A stretch of DNA of 64,000 nt from an uncultured Clostridia bacterium (GTDB lineage Bacteria; Bacillota; Clostridia; Oscillospirales; Acutalibacteraceae): positions 1,701 through 65,700 of the forward strand of contig CALWIO010000003.1 in assembly GCA_944380765.1 (NCBI GenBank), given 5' to 3'. The notes beneath the pieces were generated by a model. It did no database searches. It had not been told where the DNA came from and was given only the letters and a program-made list of their open reading frames with translations. This document shows, one piece after another, positions 53,601 through 62,749 of the stretch. Each line of letters opens with the position of its first letter. Position 1 is the stretch's first letter. Made by a program: the position numbers and the translations under genes.

Positions 53601-54186
53601 AGAGAATGTCGCGCAGTCTTACCAAATTTTCCTCTGCCTGAGAAAGGCGTTTTAAGGCGTCCGACCGCCTGTACCTGAAATGCGAAATACCCGCCGCCTC
53701 TTCAAACATCTCTCGGCGTTCGCCCGACTTTGAGGAAATGAGCTCGGCTATTTTGCCCTGACTGACCATTGAGTAGCCGTCCCGGCCGAGTCCCGTATCC
53801 ATAAACATCTCGTTTATATCTTTAAGCCTTACATTTTCGCCGTTTATTTTATATTCGCTTTCGCCCGAACGGTAAAAGCGCCTTGTAATATTGACCTCGT
53901 CGGCGTCGCTTGAAAGCGCGCGGTCGGAATTGTCAAGGCACAGCGTGACCTCCGCAAAGCCGGTAGCCCTGCGAAGCGATGTTCCGCTGAATATGACATC
54001 TTCCATTTTTGAACCTCTGAGGTTTTTTGTGGACTGCTCGCCGAGCACCCAGCGCACCGCGTCCGAAATATTGCTCTTTCCGCTTCCGTTGGGGCCGACT
54101 ACGCCCGTTATGCCCTTGTTAAAGTTCAGTACCGTTTTATCCGGGCAGGATTTAAAACCCTGCATAGTGATTGATTTTAAGAACAT
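50617..54186 (-). CDS. smc: Chromosome segregation protein SMC
   Basis: 1189 aa with N-terminal GPNGSGKSN, long coiled coils, a hinge, C-terminal LSGGEK and Walker B. Confidence 0.97.
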   Translation of the reverse strand: MFLKSITMQGFKSCPDKTVLNFNKGITGVVGPNGSGKSNISDAVRWVLGEQSTKNLRGSKMEDVIFSGTSLRRATGFAEVTLCLDNSDRALSSDADEVNITRRFYRSGESEYKINGENVRLKDINEMFMDTGLGRDGYSMVSQGKIAELISSKSGERREMFEEAAGISHFRYRRSDALKRLSQAEENLVRLRDILSELESRVEPLRQQSEKAERFLVLAEERKSLEIGIWLDTIGKIQERLKEQDRKTDIASAQYSDAQKQLAAIEEKMNQNLESTREINVKIEEIRSSTSDCEEQASGLESQAKVYENSILHNSEAIERLKKDKLSENENESDIDAQIEAAREEAQKALLGFEKAQESLAALTGKIEKLQLENSEKATASEELSKQISLLTVELADSRVVIETAEMQTAEFERRIAAARESLAAKAETKKDFLQKKESVKAQLDACAERAEGFKNAADGCRIKVRSRTEKSEKIKASVAELSGEAAKKAERMRVLEDLEKNMEGYQGSVRSVMSAGKRGALRGIHGVLSQLITVKDKYAVAVETALASAIQNIVVSDENNAKAAIAFLKESKAGRATFLPITAIRARSLDEKGLDDCYGFVSVACDLVSCDAKYREIVKNLLGKTVVCDDLDSAVTMAKKYKNRFKIVTLDGQVINAGGSMTGGSKAQGVGMLSRVNEIDRIKQELAGIKAKAEALAAEEKEAAELLAKAVAELSGVEGDILTANEEKIRLEGEYRLACEQYETAAAAADEIENEMRLLTDGESKIKEDSSSAAQTAERLGAEIAAKEKELADLSGESENLAALREELAAEAQSIRLSALGFEKDRESAEDNLRRLEALKNSHFSRMEELDSEIDVYEKKNEWLRKDIESLMATAGELRSRCAHAKENVDALLLKREELEKESTDLRNLEKEKSSERERVSGELARLEERRASMISEYEEYNAKLYDEYQLTRREAQAVSTQIENISAARTRLSALKNEIRALGSVNVSAIDEYKEVKERYEFMTSQTGDVEKSKSELIRLIDELTSKMSVQFREQFRKINTAFGETFAELFGGGKAELSLEDEMNVLECDIEIKVQPPGKNVQNINLLSGGEKGLSAIALLFAILKVTPSPFVIFDEVEAALDEVNVARYAQYVRRMTKNTQFILITHRRGTMEEADMLYGVTMQEEGVSKILELKTAEMARKLGLA

Positions 54187-55178
54187 TCCAAGACCTCTGT
54201 TTCAAATTCAGGCAAATTCTGCTTTCCTTTTATTTTACAATAAAAACCGTTGCTTTTCAATGCTTTTTCGTTTCTTTTATTCTGCCCTTTCGCCTTTGAA
54301 AGAGCCTTATCGTTTACAAATATCACATAATTTTTGCTTTTGTCTTTTCCCTTTAAGGCGCCAAGCATATTTTCAAGGTAAATCACGCCCTCGCAAAGCT
54401 CGCGGAAAGCCGGGTGATACGCTCCCGCCACCATATCCGCCTCAACGGTTTCGCTGCTGTGAAGCCCCAGCTTTATAACCCTTATGCCGCGGCTTTCAAA
54501 AAACCTTAAAAGCCGAGCGCAGAAGGGAGCGGATTCCTCGGCGCCGGGCGGAGAATACTCCCCCGCCTGCCAGAGGTCGGCAAGAACCGTATTTTTAAGC
54601 ACCACGGTGGGATAAATCCTGACCGTATCCGGACAAAGAACCGCCAGCTGACGGGCGGTTATGTAATCCTTTTCAAAATCGCTCTTGTAAAGCCCCGTCA
54701 TCATTTGAAGCCCCAGCGAAAAGCCGTACTCTTTTATGAGCGCCGAGGCGTCCCGCACATCCTGCGCCGTGTGTCCCCTGCCGTTTGCCGAAAGCACGCC
54801 GTCGTCCATACTCTGAGCGCCCAGCTCAACCGCCGTCACGCCGTAATTTTTGAGTATTTCAAGTATTTCGCGGTCAATGCAGTCGGGGCGGGTTGAAATC
54901 CTGATGCCCGCGAAGCCGTATTTTTCGCAAAAATACTTTGCGGCGGTCAAAAGAGATACCATCTGCTCCCTTTCAATCGCCGTAAAACTGCCGCCGAAAA
55001 ACGCTATTTCGGTATTTTCGGGGCTCACATTATGCGCAATCGCCGCGTTTACAGCAAGCTCCACATCTTCTGCCGAGGCGGACTTTTCGCGGCCGCTTAT
55101 AGCGCGCTGATTACAGAAGCTGCACATATTCGGACAGCCCTTATGCACCACGAAAATGCTTATGTTTGAATGTTTCAA
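54177..55178 (-). CDS. Radical SAM protein (Elp3/HemN-like family, function unknown)
   Basis: 333 aa with CPNMCSFC (CxxxCxxC) near the N-terminus. Confidence 0.75.
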   Translation of the reverse strand: MKHSNISIFVVHKGCPNMCSFCNQRAISGREKSASAEDVELAVNAAIAHNVSPENTEIAFFGGSFTAIEREQMVSLLTAAKYFCEKYGFAGIRISTRPDCIDREILEILKNYGVTAVELGAQSMDDGVLSANGRGHTAQDVRDASALIKEYGFSLGLQMMTGLYKSDFEKDYITARQLAVLCPDTVRIYPTVVLKNTVLADLWQAGEYSPPGAEESAPFCARLLRFFESRGIRVIKLGLHSSETVEADMVAGAYHPAFRELCEGVIYLENMLGALKGKDKSKNYVIFVNDKALSKAKGQNKRNEKALKSNGFYCKIKGKQNLPEFETEVLECS

Positions 55179-55840
55179 AGTCCCATCAGCTCCAACGCGG
55201 ATTTTGCCGCCGCCTGCTCGGCTCTTTTTTTGCTGCTGCCCTTTCCCCTGCCTATTACATTACTGTTGAGAAGCACCTCGATCGTAAACTGCTTGTTGTG
55301 GTCGGGGCCGTCCTCGCCCACGAGAACATACTCGAATTTTTCGGTGGGATTTTTCTGAAGCACCTCCTGAAGCATGCTTTTGTAATCCTTGAACTCGGGG
55401 GTTTCCTCGCTGGCAATCTCAATAAAGGGCAGTACGAAAGCCTTTGCCTTTTCCATGCCGCCGTCAAGATAAATCGCCGCTATAAGCGCCTCAAAAGCGT
55501 CGGACACAACCGACGGTCTTGTGCGCCCGCCTGTATGCTCCTCGCCTTTTCCGAGGAAAATCATATCGCCCAGCCCGATTTTTTTTGCGTACTCAAACAG
55601 AGTTTTTTCGCACACGGCGTAGGCTCTTTTCTTGGTAAGGTCGCCCTCCGCCTTGTTTTTGAAATGCTCGAAAAGGTGCTCGGCGGTTATAAAGCCCAGA
55701 ACCGAGTCGCCTAAAAATTCAAGCCTTTCGTTGTCAAGCCCGGTGCCCTTTTCGTTGGCGTATGAGGAATGGGTGAGCGCTCTTTTTAAAAGCTCTCTGT
55801 CCTTAAACTCATATCCTATTTTCTTTTCAAAGTCAGTCAT
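55175..55840 (-). CDS. rnc: Ribonuclease III
   Basis: 221 aa with the ERLEFLGDSVL signature and a C-terminal dsRBD. Confidence 0.95.
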   Translation of the reverse strand: MTDFEKKIGYEFKDRELLKRALTHSSYANEKGTGLDNERLEFLGDSVLGFITAEHLFEHFKNKAEGDLTKKRAYAVCEKTLFEYAKKIGLGDMIFLGKGEEHTGGRTRPSVVSDAFEALIAAIYLDGGMEKAKAFVLPFIEIASEETPEFKDYKSMLQEVLQKNPTEKFEYVLVGEDGPDHNKQFTIEVLLNSNVIGRGKGSSKKRAEQAAAKSALELMGL

Positions 55841-57158
55841 TTTTCAACACCTTGATTAAATCCGCCGCAGCCGCGCCGAAAGAGTCAAGCGCGCGCTGCG
55901 CCAGCGCTGTGTAACGCTGCTGCTTATCCTTTATTCTTTGTTCAAGAGGCGGCAATATTCCGAAATTCGCGCCCATCGGCTGGAAATTTTTAACGCTTTC
56001 ATCGCTGATATAAGCGCTCAGCGCCCCTGTCATGGTATCCGGAGGCATAACCGCCGCCGGCTTGCCCGAAAGGCGCAGGGCGAGATTTATTCCCGCCATA
56101 AGTCCGCTTGCCGCCGACTCCATATATCCTTCCACTCCGGTTATCTGCCCGCCGAAAAACAAAAGGGGATTATCCCGCATTGAAAAATCCGCGTTCAGCA
56201 GCGCCGGGGAATTTATAAATGTGTTCCTGTGCATTACGCCGTATCTTACAAACTCGGCGTTTTTAAGGGCGGGGAACATTGAGAACACTCGCTTTTGCTC
56301 GGGGAATTTAAGATTTGTCTGAAATCCCACAAGATTATACATTGTGCCTTCCCGGTTTTCGCGCCGAAGCTGAAGATTTGCCCACGGCCGGTGACCGGTC
56401 GAGGGGTCAGAAAGCCCCACGGGCTTTAACGGGCCGTAGCGCATTGTATCCTTTCCGCGGGAGGCGAGCACCTCAATGGGCATACAGCCCTCGTACACAT
56501 CCCGCCGCCTGTCAAAGGAGTGAAGCCCGGCGCACTCGGCGGATATTATCGCCTCGTAAAACGCCTCGTATTCCTCTTTGTTCATAGGGCAGTTGATATA
56601 GTCGTCGTCACCGCCCCTGCCGTATCTTGACTGGGTAAACGCCCGGCTCATATCAATGCTGTCGGCGCTGACTATCGGCGCGGCCGCGTCATAAAACGCC
56701 ATCTGCTCGCCGCATAATCCCTTTATTGTTTCAGCGAGCGCCTCGCTCGCCAGAGGGCCGGCGCATATAACTGTGCCGTCCGCCTGCGGCAGCTCTTTGA
56801 CCTCGGCGGAAATCAGATTTATATTTTTATCGTTTTGAATTTTGCTTGTGATTATCTGCGAAAACAAAAGCCTGTCCACCGCCAGCGCTCCGCCCGCAGG
56901 CACGCGGCACTCGTAAGCGGTTTCAACGCACACCGAGCCTAAAAGCGCCATTTCCGCCTTTAAAAGTCCCGCCGCGGAATTTACCCTTTCGGCTTTCAGG
57001 GAATTTGAGCATACCAGCTCCGCTAAGGTGTCGAGCTTATGGGCAGGGGATTTTTTAAGAGGCTTCTGCTCGTACAAATCCACCTGTATTCCGAATTTTG
57101 AGAGCGCGCGGGCGCACTCAACGCCCGCAAGCCCAGCGCCTATAACCGCCGCTTTCAT
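55833..57158 (-). CDS. trmFO: Methylenetetrahydrofolate--tRNA-(uracil-5-)-methyltransferase TrmFO
   Basis: ATG 57158 (MKAAVIGAGLAG), 1 nt after the topA stop. FAD-binding GxGxxG. Confidence 0.9.
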   Translation of the reverse strand: MKAAVIGAGLAGVECARALSKFGIQVDLYEQKPLKKSPAHKLDTLAELVCSNSLKAERVNSAAGLLKAEMALLGSVCVETAYECRVPAGGALAVDRLLFSQIITSKIQNDKNINLISAEVKELPQADGTVICAGPLASEALAETIKGLCGEQMAFYDAAAPIVSADSIDMSRAFTQSRYGRGGDDDYINCPMNKEEYEAFYEAIISAECAGLHSFDRRRDVYEGCMPIEVLASRGKDTMRYGPLKPVGLSDPSTGHRPWANLQLRRENREGTMYNLVGFQTNLKFPEQKRVFSMFPALKNAEFVRYGVMHRNTFINSPALLNADFSMRDNPLLFFGGQITGVEGYMESAASGLMAGINLALRLSGKPAAVMPPDTMTGALSAYISDESVKNFQPMGANFGILPPLEQRIKDKQQRYTALAQRALDSFGAAAADLIKVLKND

Positions 57159-57159
57159 A

Positions 57160-59283
57160 CTACTCCTCTTTCGTCTTTCTTTTGCGCTCCGCCTTTTTCT
57201 CAAAACCGCAGCCCTCGTTAAGGCAGGCAAGCACGCCGCCCTTGCGCTTGAACAGTGATTTTGAGCATTTGGGGCAAAGCTCGTCGGTAGGTTTATCCCA
57301 TGTCATAAAATTACACTCGGGATAATTGCCGCAGCCGTAAAAAGTATAGCCCTTTTTGGACTTTTTCTCAATTATCCTGCCGCCGCAGACGGGGCAGGTC
57401 GCCTTTGTTTCAACAACGAGCGGCTTTGTATTTTTACATTCGGGATATCCGGGACACGCGAGAAATTTTCCGTAGCGTCCCGATTTTATAACCATATTCC
57501 GTCCGCATTTTTCGCACTTGATGTCGGTTTCGTCCTGTTGCAGCTTGATTTTTACTCCCTGCATCTCCTCTTTCGCCTTGGACATGGTAAGGCTGAAATC
57601 GTCATAGAAATCGTGGAGCATTTTTATATAGTCGGTTTTGCCGTTTTCTATCTCGTCAAGCTGGGACTCCATTCCCGCGGTAAACCTGACATTTACTATT
57701 TTGGGGAATTTATCTTTGAGCAGCTTTGTTGCCGCCTCGCCCAGCTCCGTGGGCTTGAGCTGCTTGCCCTCGCGCTCCACATATTCCCTGGAGGTTATGG
57801 TGGAAATTATGGAAGCGTAGGTCGAGGGGCGTCCTACTCCCGTTTCTTCAAGAGTCTTGATAAGGGAAGCCTCGGTGTATCTCGCCGGGGGCTGGGTAAA
57901 ATGCTGATTGCCCGCAAGCTCCTTGATTTTAATGCTGTCGCCCTCGCTGAGTTTGGGAAGCCTGCCTGTTTCCGCTTCCTCCTCGTCAGAGCCGCTCTCA
58001 TAAAGGCAGGTATAGCCGTCAAAGCGCACGCTGTAACCGCTGGCGGCAAAGGTCAGATATTTGCCCTGCGCCCTGTCGGTTCCGTCCGCGCCCGTAATTT
58101 CCGCTTTTACGGTATCCTGCACGCAGTTAGCCATAAGGCTCGCCATAAAACGGCGCCAGATAAGGTTGTAGAGTTTGTACTGCTCGGCGGTAAGGCTTGA
58201 CTTTACCTTTTCGGGGGTAAGGTCCATCATGGTAGGTCTTATAGCCTCATGACCGTCCTGAGCGTTGGCGCGGGATTTGAAATATCTCGGCTTTTCGGGC
58301 AGATATTCCGCTCCGAAGGCGTTCTTTATATACTCGTTTCCGGCGGCTCTCGCCTCCTCCGAAATACGAAGCGAGTCCGTTCTCATATAGGTGATAAGTC
58401 CCACCGAGCCTACCGAGGCGATTTCAACGCCCTCGTAAAGCTCCTGAGCCACTTTCATGGTTCTTCTCGCCTGGAAGTTGAGCTTTCTTGAAGCCTCCTG
58501 CTGAAGCGTTGAGGTGGTAAAGGGAGGCGCCGGCTGGCGGCGTCTTACGCCCTTTTTAACCGAGGTTACCTCAAACTCGGCGTTTTCAAGACGGGCAAGG
58601 TAGGCGTCGCTCTGCTCCTTGCACACGATTTTTACCTTTCCCGTTTCGTCACCGGTAAACTGAGCGGCAAAAGCGCGCTTTGAGGAGGGCGCGAGCATTT
58701 TGGCGTCAAGAGTCCAGTATTCCTCGGGCACAAAAGCTCTTATCTCGTTTTCACGGTCAACAACCAGCCTGACGGCAACCGACTGCACTCTGCCCGCCGA
58801 AAGTCCTCTTCTTATTTTCTGTGAAATAAAGGGGCTGAGGGTGTAGCCTACAAGGCGGTCGAGTATCCGGCGCGCCTGCTGGGCGTTTACCAGATCCAAA
58901 TCTATTTTTTCGGGGTGTTCAATTCCCTTTAAAACGCTGTTTTTGTTAATCTCGTTGAATTTTACCCTGTTGTTCTCGTTCATATCAAGGTCCAGAAGGG
59001 TGGCTAAGTGCCACGAGATTGCCTCTCCCTCGCGGTCGGGGTCGGCGGCTAAAATAACGCCGTCGGAATTCTGCGCCATTTCCTTTAATTCCTTGACGAG
59101 TTTTTCCTTGCCCTTGATTACGGCGTATTTGGGCGCGAAATCGTTTTTAATGTCCACGCTCAGCTTTGCCGCCGGCAAGTCCCTTATATGACCCTTTGAG
59201 GATACTACGCTGTATTCCTTTCCCAGATATTTCTGTATGCTTTTGGCTTTTGAGGGTGACTCAACTATTACAAGTTTTGACAT
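57160..59283 (-). CDS. topA: DNA topoisomerase I
   Basis: 707 aa with TOPRIM (LVIVESPSKAK), the active-site region and C-terminal Cys4 zinc ribbons. Confidence 0.97.
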   Translation of the reverse strand: MSKLVIVESPSKAKSIQKYLGKEYSVVSSKGHIRDLPAAKLSVDIKNDFAPKYAVIKGKEKLVKELKEMAQNSDGVILAADPDREGEAISWHLATLLDLDMNENNRVKFNEINKNSVLKGIEHPEKIDLDLVNAQQARRILDRLVGYTLSPFISQKIRRGLSAGRVQSVAVRLVVDRENEIRAFVPEEYWTLDAKMLAPSSKRAFAAQFTGDETGKVKIVCKEQSDAYLARLENAEFEVTSVKKGVRRRQPAPPFTTSTLQQEASRKLNFQARRTMKVAQELYEGVEIASVGSVGLITYMRTDSLRISEEARAAGNEYIKNAFGAEYLPEKPRYFKSRANAQDGHEAIRPTMMDLTPEKVKSSLTAEQYKLYNLIWRRFMASLMANCVQDTVKAEITGADGTDRAQGKYLTFAASGYSVRFDGYTCLYESGSDEEEAETGRLPKLSEGDSIKIKELAGNQHFTQPPARYTEASLIKTLEETGVGRPSTYASIISTITSREYVEREGKQLKPTELGEAATKLLKDKFPKIVNVRFTAGMESQLDEIENGKTDYIKMLHDFYDDFSLTMSKAKEEMQGVKIKLQQDETDIKCEKCGRNMVIKSGRYGKFLACPGYPECKNTKPLVVETKATCPVCGGRIIEKKSKKGYTFYGCGNYPECNFMTWDKPTDELCPKCSKSLFKRKGGVLACLNEGCGFEKKAERKRKTKEE

Positions 59284-59329
59284 AAATCATCTTCCTATAT
59301 TTATCAGCCGCTGAGAGCGGCCGTATTTT

Positions 59330-60571
59330 TCACATATCGGCGGCTTTGTAGCGCCGTCCGCCGAGCTGTTCGGCAAGACCGTAAATTTCAAGCTCCGTCA
59401 GAGCCGAAAGCGTTTCCGAGGGAGAAAGCGAAGCCTTTGCCATAAGCTCGTCTGCGTATTCGGGTGTGTCGCTTAACATCGAGTAAATTTTACGCGCGTT
59501 CTCAGAAAGAAAGTCCAGAGCCTCTTTTTTCGCTCCGTCGGCGGTTTTGCTCTCGCTTCGCGCGGGTTCGGGTTCTTTACGGAAATTCCGCTTTTTGACC
59601 GGCTCCCTTTGAGTGACAAAATCCTTATCGGACAAAAAGACCTGCGCACGGCGTATTATTTCATCGTCGGGAATATCGCCGCCCTTCATTTTTCCGGCGT
59701 AACGCGAGGCGTATTCGTTAAGGACATCGTTAGGCGAGAAAACCGGCACAGCTCCCTGCCTTATCAGATTATTTGTGCCCAGAAACGAGGAGCTTACCAA
59801 ATCGCCCGGCACGGCGAAAACATCACGCCCCTGTTCAAGGGCAAGCCGTGCGGTAATCAGCGAGCCGCTTCGCTCGCCCGCTTCAACCACGACCGTTCCC
59901 AGCGTCATTCCCGATATAATCCTGTTGCGCAGGGGAAAAGTATCCCTGCCCGGTTTTGCGTAAGGCTCGAACTCGGAAATCAGCGCTCCGTTTTTTCTTA
60001 TGCGGCTTCTTAAAGGCTCGTTCCCGGTTAAATATTTTGCCCCGAGTCCGCAGCCCATAACCAGAACTGTCGGCGCGTTTTCGTCAAGCGCTCCGAGATG
60101 CGCGGCGCTGTCAATTCCCAGCGCTCCGCCCGAAACAATCGTAAAGCCTCTGCTCGCGAGAGCTCCCGAGAGCGCTCTCGCCACGGCTCTGCCGTAATCG
60201 GAAGCTTTTCTTGCGCCCACAACAGCCACCTGCAATTCGCCGTCAAGCAAATCGGCGTTGCCCTCAACATACAGCGCGAGCGGCATATCGCGAAGTTCCA
60301 GAAGCCTTTTCGGATAACGCCGGTCGGAGGGCGTCACAACGCTCCAGCCCCGGCTTTTTACAGTATTTAAAATTTCCTCGGCACGGCTTAAAGGACAGCG
60401 CCTGAGCCTTTCTTTCTGTTTTTGAGTAAGAAAGGGAATTTTGCCCTCCCCGTTCATAACCGTTCCGTAAATTATACATGGATTCCATTCGTAATATGAT
60501 AACAAGTCCGAGCAGTCCGCTCCGGCTCCCAGAGCCGAGGACAGCCAGATCCAATACAATTCGCCGTTCAT
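59330..60571 (-). CDS. dprA: DNA processing protein DprA (Smf)
   Basis: Likely start at 60571 (4-nt overlap with the upstream gene). Rossmann-like GGALGID motif and a C-terminal winged helix. Confidence 0.88.
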   Translation of the reverse strand: MNGELYWIWLSSALGAGADCSDLLSYYEWNPCIIYGTVMNGEGKIPFLTQKQKERLRRCPLSRAEEILNTVKSRGWSVVTPSDRRYPKRLLELRDMPLALYVEGNADLLDGELQVAVVGARKASDYGRAVARALSGALASRGFTIVSGGALGIDSAAHLGALDENAPTVLVMGCGLGAKYLTGNEPLRSRIRKNGALISEFEPYAKPGRDTFPLRNRIISGMTLGTVVVEAGERSGSLITARLALEQGRDVFAVPGDLVSSSFLGTNNLIRQGAVPVFSPNDVLNEYASRYAGKMKGGDIPDDEIIRRAQVFLSDKDFVTQREPVKKRNFRKEPEPARSESKTADGAKKEALDFLSENARKIYSMLSDTPEYADELMAKASLSPSETLSALTELEIYGLAEQLGGRRYKAADM

Positions 60572-61350
60572 TTTACAAGTTCCCACATAACGATTGCCGC
60601 GGCGGCAGCCGCGTTGAGCGATTCCGCCCTGCCTGCCATTCTGACGGTCAGCCTTTGGTTGCAGGCTTCAAGCACCTTTTCGGACACGCCGTTGCCCTCG
60701 TTGCCCACAACGCAGAGCGCGCCCTTGCCGAAATCGGCTTCAAGTATGCTCACGGCGTCCCGGTCGGGCACGGCGGCAAAGACCGCTATTCCCGCCTGCG
60801 AGGCTTTTTTTATTTCGGCACAGAGGTCGCCGCTGACAATCAGGGGAAGCCTTAAAGTGGCTCCCATTGACGCTCTGAGCGCCTTGCCGTTGTAAACATC
60901 ACAGCCGCCGCTTATAACCGCCCCGTCAATTCCCAGCGCCTCAGCCGTTCTTAAAACCGCGCCCAAGTTGTCGGGATTCTGCACATTGTCAAGGGCTATG
61001 TACCTGCCGCCCTTTTTAAACTCAAAACCCGTTTCGGTCAGCTTTACGGTACAGACCACGCCCTGAGGGCTGACGGTTTCGCTCATGCTTTTTAAGGCCG
61101 CGGGGCTGACCGTGTAAAAGTTTTTGCAGCTTTTCTTTAACTTTTCAATTCTGCCGGCGTATTTTTCCTCACACCCGGAGGTGCAGAACACGCTCTCTAT
61201 TTCACGGCCGCACTCGGCGGCGTCACAGCACAGACGCGCCCCCTCCAGCACAAAAAGGCCCTTTTCCCTTCTTTTGCCGGCGGAAGCCGAAAGCTCTCTT
61301 ACTTCTTTGATTTTCGGATTGTTTTTAGCGGTTATAACAAAATCTGACAT
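60568..61350 (-). CDS. TrmH/SpoU family RNA 2'-O-methyltransferase
   Basis: 260 aa with SpoU motifs (LDNVQNPDNLGAVLRTA, GNEGNGV, SLNAAAAA). Confidence 0.85.
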   Translation of the reverse strand: MSDFVITAKNNPKIKEVRELSASAGKRREKGLFVLEGARLCCDAAECGREIESVFCTSGCEEKYAGRIEKLKKSCKNFYTVSPAALKSMSETVSPQGVVCTVKLTETGFEFKKGGRYIALDNVQNPDNLGAVLRTAEALGIDGAVISGGCDVYNGKALRASMGATLRLPLIVSGDLCAEIKKASQAGIAVFAAVPDRDAVSILEADFGKGALCVVGNEGNGVSEKVLEACNQRLTVRMAGRAESLNAAAAAAIVMWELVK

Positions 61351-61363
61351 AATTTTAATAAAT

Positions 61364-61398
61364 GGAAAACCACGCGCGGGAGAGTTCCCGGCGTGGTT
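61364..61398 (-). terminator. Terminator after rplT
   Basis: Minus strand AACCACGCCGGGA-N4-TCCCGCGCGTGGTT followed by TTCC. Confidence 0.6.
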
Positions 61399-61405
61399 AA
61401 AAGGT

Positions 61406-61762
61406 TTATTTTATTGCTTCCTTAGCCTTTTCGGTAAGCGCGGTAAACGCTGCCGGGTCGGCGATAGCTATTTCGGAAAGCATTTTGCGGTTAAGGTCAA
61501 TTCCCGCTTTTTTAAGTCCGTTTATAAATGTGGAATAGTTCATGCCGTTCGCTTTGCAGGCGGCTGAAATTCTTGAAATCCAGAGCTTTCTGAAATCGCG
61601 TTTTTTCTGCTTTCTGCCGACATAAGCGTACTGGCCGGACTTCATAACGGCCTGCTTCGCGGTTTTAAAGAGCTTGCTCTTTGAGCCGTAGTAGCCCTTT
61701 GCCATCTTTAATACTTTATTTCTTCTTTTGCGAGTCATCATCGCACCTTTTACTCGTGCCAT
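61406..61762 (-). CDS. rplT: 50S ribosomal protein L20
   Basis: 118 aa, [26 protein letters not shown]. Confidence 0.97.
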   Translation of the reverse strand: MARVKGAMMTRKRRNKVLKMAKGYYGSKSKLFKTAKQAVMKSGQYAYVGRKQKKRDFRKLWISRISAACKANGMNYSTFINGLKKAGIDLNRKMLSEIAIADPAAFTALTEKAKEAIK

Positions 61763-61810
61763 TTTTCTTTACCTCCGTTAGTTGAGTTTTTCGCCTTTGG
61801 GGCTCACCGA

Positions 61811-62008
61811 TTATTTATAGGGAATAAGACGCTTAATCTGCCTTGTGTTTGTTGCGTCGGCAACGGCAGTCTTGCGGAGATTTCTCTTTCTCTTTGTGCT
61901 TTTCTTGGTAAGAATGTGAGATTTATTGGCATGAGCTCTCATGGGCTTACCGTTCTTTGACATCTTGAAGCGTTTTTTTGCTCCGCTGTGTGTTTTAATC
62001 TTCGGCAT
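61811..62008 (-). CDS. rpmI: 50S ribosomal protein L35
   Basis: 65 aa, [15 protein letters not shown]. Confidence 0.97.
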   Translation of the reverse strand: MPKIKTHSGAKKRFKMSKNGKPMRAHANKSHILTKKSTKRKRNLRKTAVADATNTRQIKRLIPYK

Positions 62009-62041
62009 AATAATATCCTCCTAAACTAATTAAATACCTGT

Positions 62042-62560
62042 TTATTTTGCCGCCTTCGGGGACAGGAACATAAGCATCTGCCTGCCTTCGAGCTTGGCGG
62101 GTTTATCGACCGCGCCGACTTCTGCGCACGCTTCGGCAAACTTATCCATAATTCCGTTGCCGAGATGGGCGTGCGCCATTTCGCGGCCGCGGAAACGGAT
62201 TGAAACTTTTACCTTGTTGCCCGCTTTGAGAAATTTCAGGGCGTGATTTACCTTTGTATCAAAGTCGTGAGTGTCAATGTTTACGGAAAGCCTGATTTCC
62301 TTTGTTTCAACCGTGCGCTGATTTTTCTTGTTTTCCTTTTCCTTTTTCGCCTGGTCGAAGCGATACTTGCCGTAGTCCATTATCTTGCAGACGGGCGGGT
62401 TTGCCTGAGGCGCGATTTTAACAAGGTCCAGATTTCTCTGTTCCGCAGCCTTAAACGCGTCTTTAAGCGGCATAATGCCGAGCTGCTCGCCGCTGTCCGA
62501 AATTACTCTAACCTCTTTATCTCTGATTTCCTCATTGATTTGAAGCTCTTTGGTACTGAT
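62042..62560 (-). CDS. infC: Translation initiation factor IF-3 (non-canonical ATC start)
   Basis: The IF-3 sequence begins at ISTKELQINEEIR. In-frame ATC at 62560 lies 7 nt after GAGAGGTG. The upstream ATG at 62632 lies inside the attenuator terminator. Confidence 0.85.
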   Translation of the reverse strand: MSTKELQINEEIRDKEVRVISDSGEQLGIMPLKDAFKAAEQRNLDLVKIAPQANPPVCKIMDYGKYRFDQAKKEKENKKNQRTVETKEIRLSVNIDTHDFDTKVNHALKFLKAGNKVKVSIRFRGREMAHAHLGNGIMDKFAEACAEVGAVDKPAKLEGRQMLMFLSPKAAK

Positions 62561-62712
62561 AAATAAACACCTCTCAAAGCCTTTCGGCAAAATTAAAATG
62601 CGGACAGAAAAATTCTGCCCGCACAAAAACAAACTGAAAAAAGTTTATTTACCGGACGGCTGAACGCCGCAGGGTGAGAACAAAATTTACTGCTCTGCTT
62701 TATTGCTTTGAT
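62561..62712 (-). promoter_or_regulatory. L20-type ribosomal-protein leader with attenuator terminator upstream of infC
   Basis: About 150-nt leader. Terminator GCGGGCAGA-N5-UCUGUCCGC plus a U-rich tail (62622-62591) lies just before the infC RBS. Confidence 0.6.
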
Positions 62713-62741
62713 ATTATAACCTTAATTTTCCCCGTTGTCAA
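62713..62741 (-). promoter_or_regulatory. Consensus promoter of infC-rpmI-rplT
   Basis: Minus strand TTGACA (62741-62736), 17-nt spacer, TATAAT (62718-62713). Confidence 0.7.
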
Positions 62742-62749
62742 CAGTTTTT

